Positions 62,501 through 64,000 of a stretch of DNA of 64,000 nucleotides are shown here, in pieces. A program made the position numbers and the translations under genes. This stretch comes from an uncultured Bacteroidales bacterium (GTDB lineage: Bacteria > Bacteroidota > Bacteroidia > Bacteroidales > GCA-2748055): assembly GCA_963751705.1 (NCBI GenBank), contig CAVVVN010000009.1, positions 88,697-152,696 of the forward strand, given 5' to 3'. Positions within the stretch are counted from its first letter, which is position 1. Each line of letters starts with the position of its first letter. The notes below the pieces were generated by a model, which worked only from the letters and a program-made list of their open reading frames with translations, made no database searches and was not told the DNA's origin.

Positions 62501-62691
62501 TGGGCTACAAAATCCTTATAGGCATTTGGAGTCAAGGCAAACTCAGATGCTGAAGAATCATATTCTCCTATTTGCCATATCGTTTTAAGATCGATGCTTT
62601 GTGCCTGAGACTCATAAAAGCAGAAGCCTGCTAAAATTAGTATTATGAAAGATGTTTTTTTAAGTATGCTGTTATAAATCTTGTTAGTCAT
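59503..62691 (-). CDS. GH92 alpha-mannosidase with an N-terminal beta-sandwich (PL4 domain III-like) module
   Basis: VDQFMGT, SNTLEYAFDD, EGNAWQ, HGNQP, GDEDQGQMSAWY; start moved to ATG 62691 (signal peptide). Confidence 0.92.
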   Translation of the reverse strand: MTNKIYNSILKKTSFIILILAGFCFYESQAQSIDLKTIWQIGEYDSSASEFALTPNAYKDFVAQGFGGKDRYYVVGKSIPSEDWPYILPGPKDRFSGYGYWAGLALHRLPIYFELDYVPAEGACTLVVQIIEVSSENPPLFRAVINGKAYNHQLQAGKSGGIPQDLGMNPQTISFSFPAEELKKGINEIIFQNMTGNWCVFDAIKMDGPEDLHLVYPGNTMLISVAFANFEMGNTTENIQPLLVDIRQQKNHASIRVIVDDKEIKKQIEPGHSILEFYLPAVKERRKSQVEIYIDEKLKFREQLQRFPAKKISYPDYVDQFMGTSGSRWMITPGPRHPMPMVQLSPNNERTVWKAGYEYQIENISGFNHTQEWTMSGFLMMPTVGLLQTKPGPEHNPDLGYRSRIDKTAEKAEIGIYSVDLTDYNVHVDLTATTRSGLQRYVFPKSDASRILIDTYPDAEYSYQNVEAKITRIGNKKVEGYVHHICDKTGYVLTQDYKLYFVLEFNKAFDSLGGWTDKAKALDKLNHGLSYGSVLSDVSEISGSGHTGAFINFKTQDNDTILVRSSISLVSTENAWLNLEKEITEPFGFDFEKVVQNQKNVWNAYLGRIEIETDDYLQKVKFYTNLYRALSGRVAWGDVNGQWVDMNENIQTFKDPDQRLCSGEFWNTFWNVQQLNQLIAPEFSSMQIKSLLAFYDIGGWLSKGIFAGEYSSVMVAEHAIPWIVGAWNSGIRDFDFTKAYEAMRHVQTTFPQESHPGGGRVGNESLVAYMKYGYVPLQTGVYQSYVSNTLEYAFDDWCLAQAAKELGETDDYELFMQRSQNWRNIFDSKSGFMRPKNADGTWYEPFSPYHTPGFVEGNAWQFSWFVPHDMGGLVDAIGKERFITRLDSAMYRSEKVNFNALGDDFSKYPINHGNQPNMQSCYLFNYANAPCLTQKWARAIQENYYGTGTRDAYPGDEDQGQMSAWYVMSALGLFQMDGGASTNPQYELGSPRFEKATIHLSEDYYGGNTFVIEAKNASRENKYIHSAWLNGKKLKAWKFSQKELIKGGKLVIEMKDYPSKTK

Positions 62692-62704
62692 TTTATTCAG
62701 TAAT

Positions 62705-62880
62705 GTTTTATAAAGGAAGGCGGTATGTGATTGTAGCTGCTCTGGTAGAGCGGTAAAAACCAAGGAAGCGCGAATGCGCGCATCTGCACTGCAGACTGGA
62801 AGCAGGATTGTTTCGGCGAGGGATTTTACAGCGAAACCAGATGGTGCTGTTTTTGCCATACCGTCAACTTTGTTAGGAAC
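62705..62880. repeat. Long imperfect palindrome upstream of GH92 (attC-like family, degenerate)
   Basis: ~55-bp arms: GGCGGTATG...TCTGGT...GC.GTAAAA versus TTTTAC.GC...ACCAGA...CATACCGTC; ends GTTAGGAAC. Confidence 0.65.
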
Positions 62881-63153
62881 GTTGCTTATCTAAAGGTAAG
62901 TAAAAATCATAGAATTTGGTTTCGCAGAATAGAAGCGCATCCCAACATTCACATCGATATTTCAATTATTGCATTTTTTCCATTTACCCAGCGCTTAAAC
63001 ACAAATAGGTGGTCTATTACCCAATTTTACTTTGCGATTTTGTTTAGTGCTGCTAAGCTGCCTGAACGATTTTCAGGTAAGACTACACCTGAACCACGCG
63101 ATATAATCGCGCAAAAGCGGGGAATTCTCATAAGCCCTAAAATGCTAAGTTTT

Positions 63154-64000
63154 TTATTTCGAAACCAATTCGTATCGTATAAGGTAAGCTTCATCTCCAT
63201 TGTGCACCATTGATATGCCCCAGTTAAGGCCTTCTCCCCTCACAGTTGATTGAGTTAAATCTTGTCTGAATGCACCAGGCGCTTTGGGGCAGTTTTTTAT
63301 TTTTACACCCAACTTATTGCTCATAAAATCTATTCCGTCTGGGGCATATTCAAATGTATTACTCAATGATGCCAAGGCCCCTATTCCTGTGCCTTCTTGC
63401 CACAATATCACTTCATGGCTTCCAGATAATATTGGATTGTCGAGCTTCGTAAAGGGGCCCTCAGGATATTTTGAAAAGGCAGTCCCCATTTGCGTATGAA
63501 CCGGGCCATTTTCTCCGTTTACTCGGCTACGTCCTTTGTAATAGAGCCAATACAGGCCATTTCGGTATAGTAATGCAGCATCATCTACCCGGTAACTGTC
63601 AAATTTATCTGGTTCAGGACTAACCTTCAATATGGGGTCATGACTTAAACGAGTAAAAGGCCCTGATGGAGAATCGGAAATGGCAAGCCCTATGGCTGTA
63701 ATATCAGTAGTTGAATTATTCTCAAATGCTCCCTCTTTGTTACCTGGCGTGGGTTTTACTCCTGTGTAATAGAGGTAATATTTACCATTTGCATAGAGGA
63801 TATTGGGTGTAAATGTTGCCTGTGAATCAAATGTATTCTTTTTTCCCCGGCCCAAGATCTCTCCCTCTTCTTTCCATGTGTATCCTTCATCTCGGGATGT
63901 AGCATACCAAAGGGTCCCCCAATAACCGGGACTGCGACCATATACTTTGGTATAGTACACATAATAAATATCTCCTACTTTTATTATATCACTGGGATCT
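63154..64000 (-). CDS. GH43/GH117-like five-bladed beta-propeller glycosidase (5' end beyond the window)
   Basis: DPSDIIK...YYTK, WYATS.D.G.TW, FTPNIL, RVDD, LYYKG, HEV. Confidence 0.82.
   Translation of the reverse strand, partial: DPSDIIKVGDIYYVYYTKVYGRSPGYWGTLWYATSRDEGYTWKEEGEILGRGKKNTFDSQATFTPNILYANGKYYLYYTGVKPTPGNKEGAFENNSTTDITAIGLAISDSPSGPFTRLSHDPILKVSPEPDKFDSYRVDDAALLYRNGLYWLYYKGRSRVNGENGPVHTQMGTAFSKYPEGPFTKLDNPILSGSHEVILWQEGTGIGALASLSNTFEYAPDGIDFMSNKLGVKIKNCPKAPGAFRQDLTQSTVRGEGLNWGISMVHNGDEAYLIRYELVSK

Noticed and set aside
62692-62859. 56-aa N-terminal extension of the GH92 ORF
   Set aside because: It translates the palindrome; the signal peptide begins at Met 62691.

Overview
Bacterial chromosomal window, very probably Bacteroidota (Bacteroidales/Marinilabiliales-like). 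This is inferred from TAnnTTTG -7 promoter boxes, the guaB-PPIase-PPIase-PPIase-OstA synteny, the rseC-rnfBCDGEA order, and FISUMP, GH92 and GH20 genes. The left part (~1-29.9 kb) is GC-richer housekeeping: exonuclease, recQ, guaB, SurA-like PPIases, OstA-like, pduO, recG, the Rnf complex, an Omp85-family protein, an Ntn acylase and ppgK. The right part (~30-64 kb) is a visibly AT-richer accessory region of mostly minus-strand genes. The main observation is an integron-cassette-like system without an integrase in the window. Short-leader genes (serine hydrolase, S41 peptidase, a membrane protein, possibly GH92) are separated by ~100-175 bp imperfect palindromes running ...AAC to GTT.... The two ends of one palindrome do not match each other. 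Instead, the two ends flanking each gene are 9-10 bp reverse complements, the hybrid-site signature expected from cassette excision and integration. Secondary observations: pduO apparently starts at an ATA overlapping the upstream TAA, a ThiS/ubiquitin-like domain precedes the signal peptide of a 5'-nucleotidase, an M28 peptidase is fused to a beta-barrel, a GH127 remnant is truncated and frameshifted, and several genes appear nearly leaderless. No rRNA, tRNA, CRISPR array, transposase or integrase was recognised. All calls are by eye from motifs; no database search was run.
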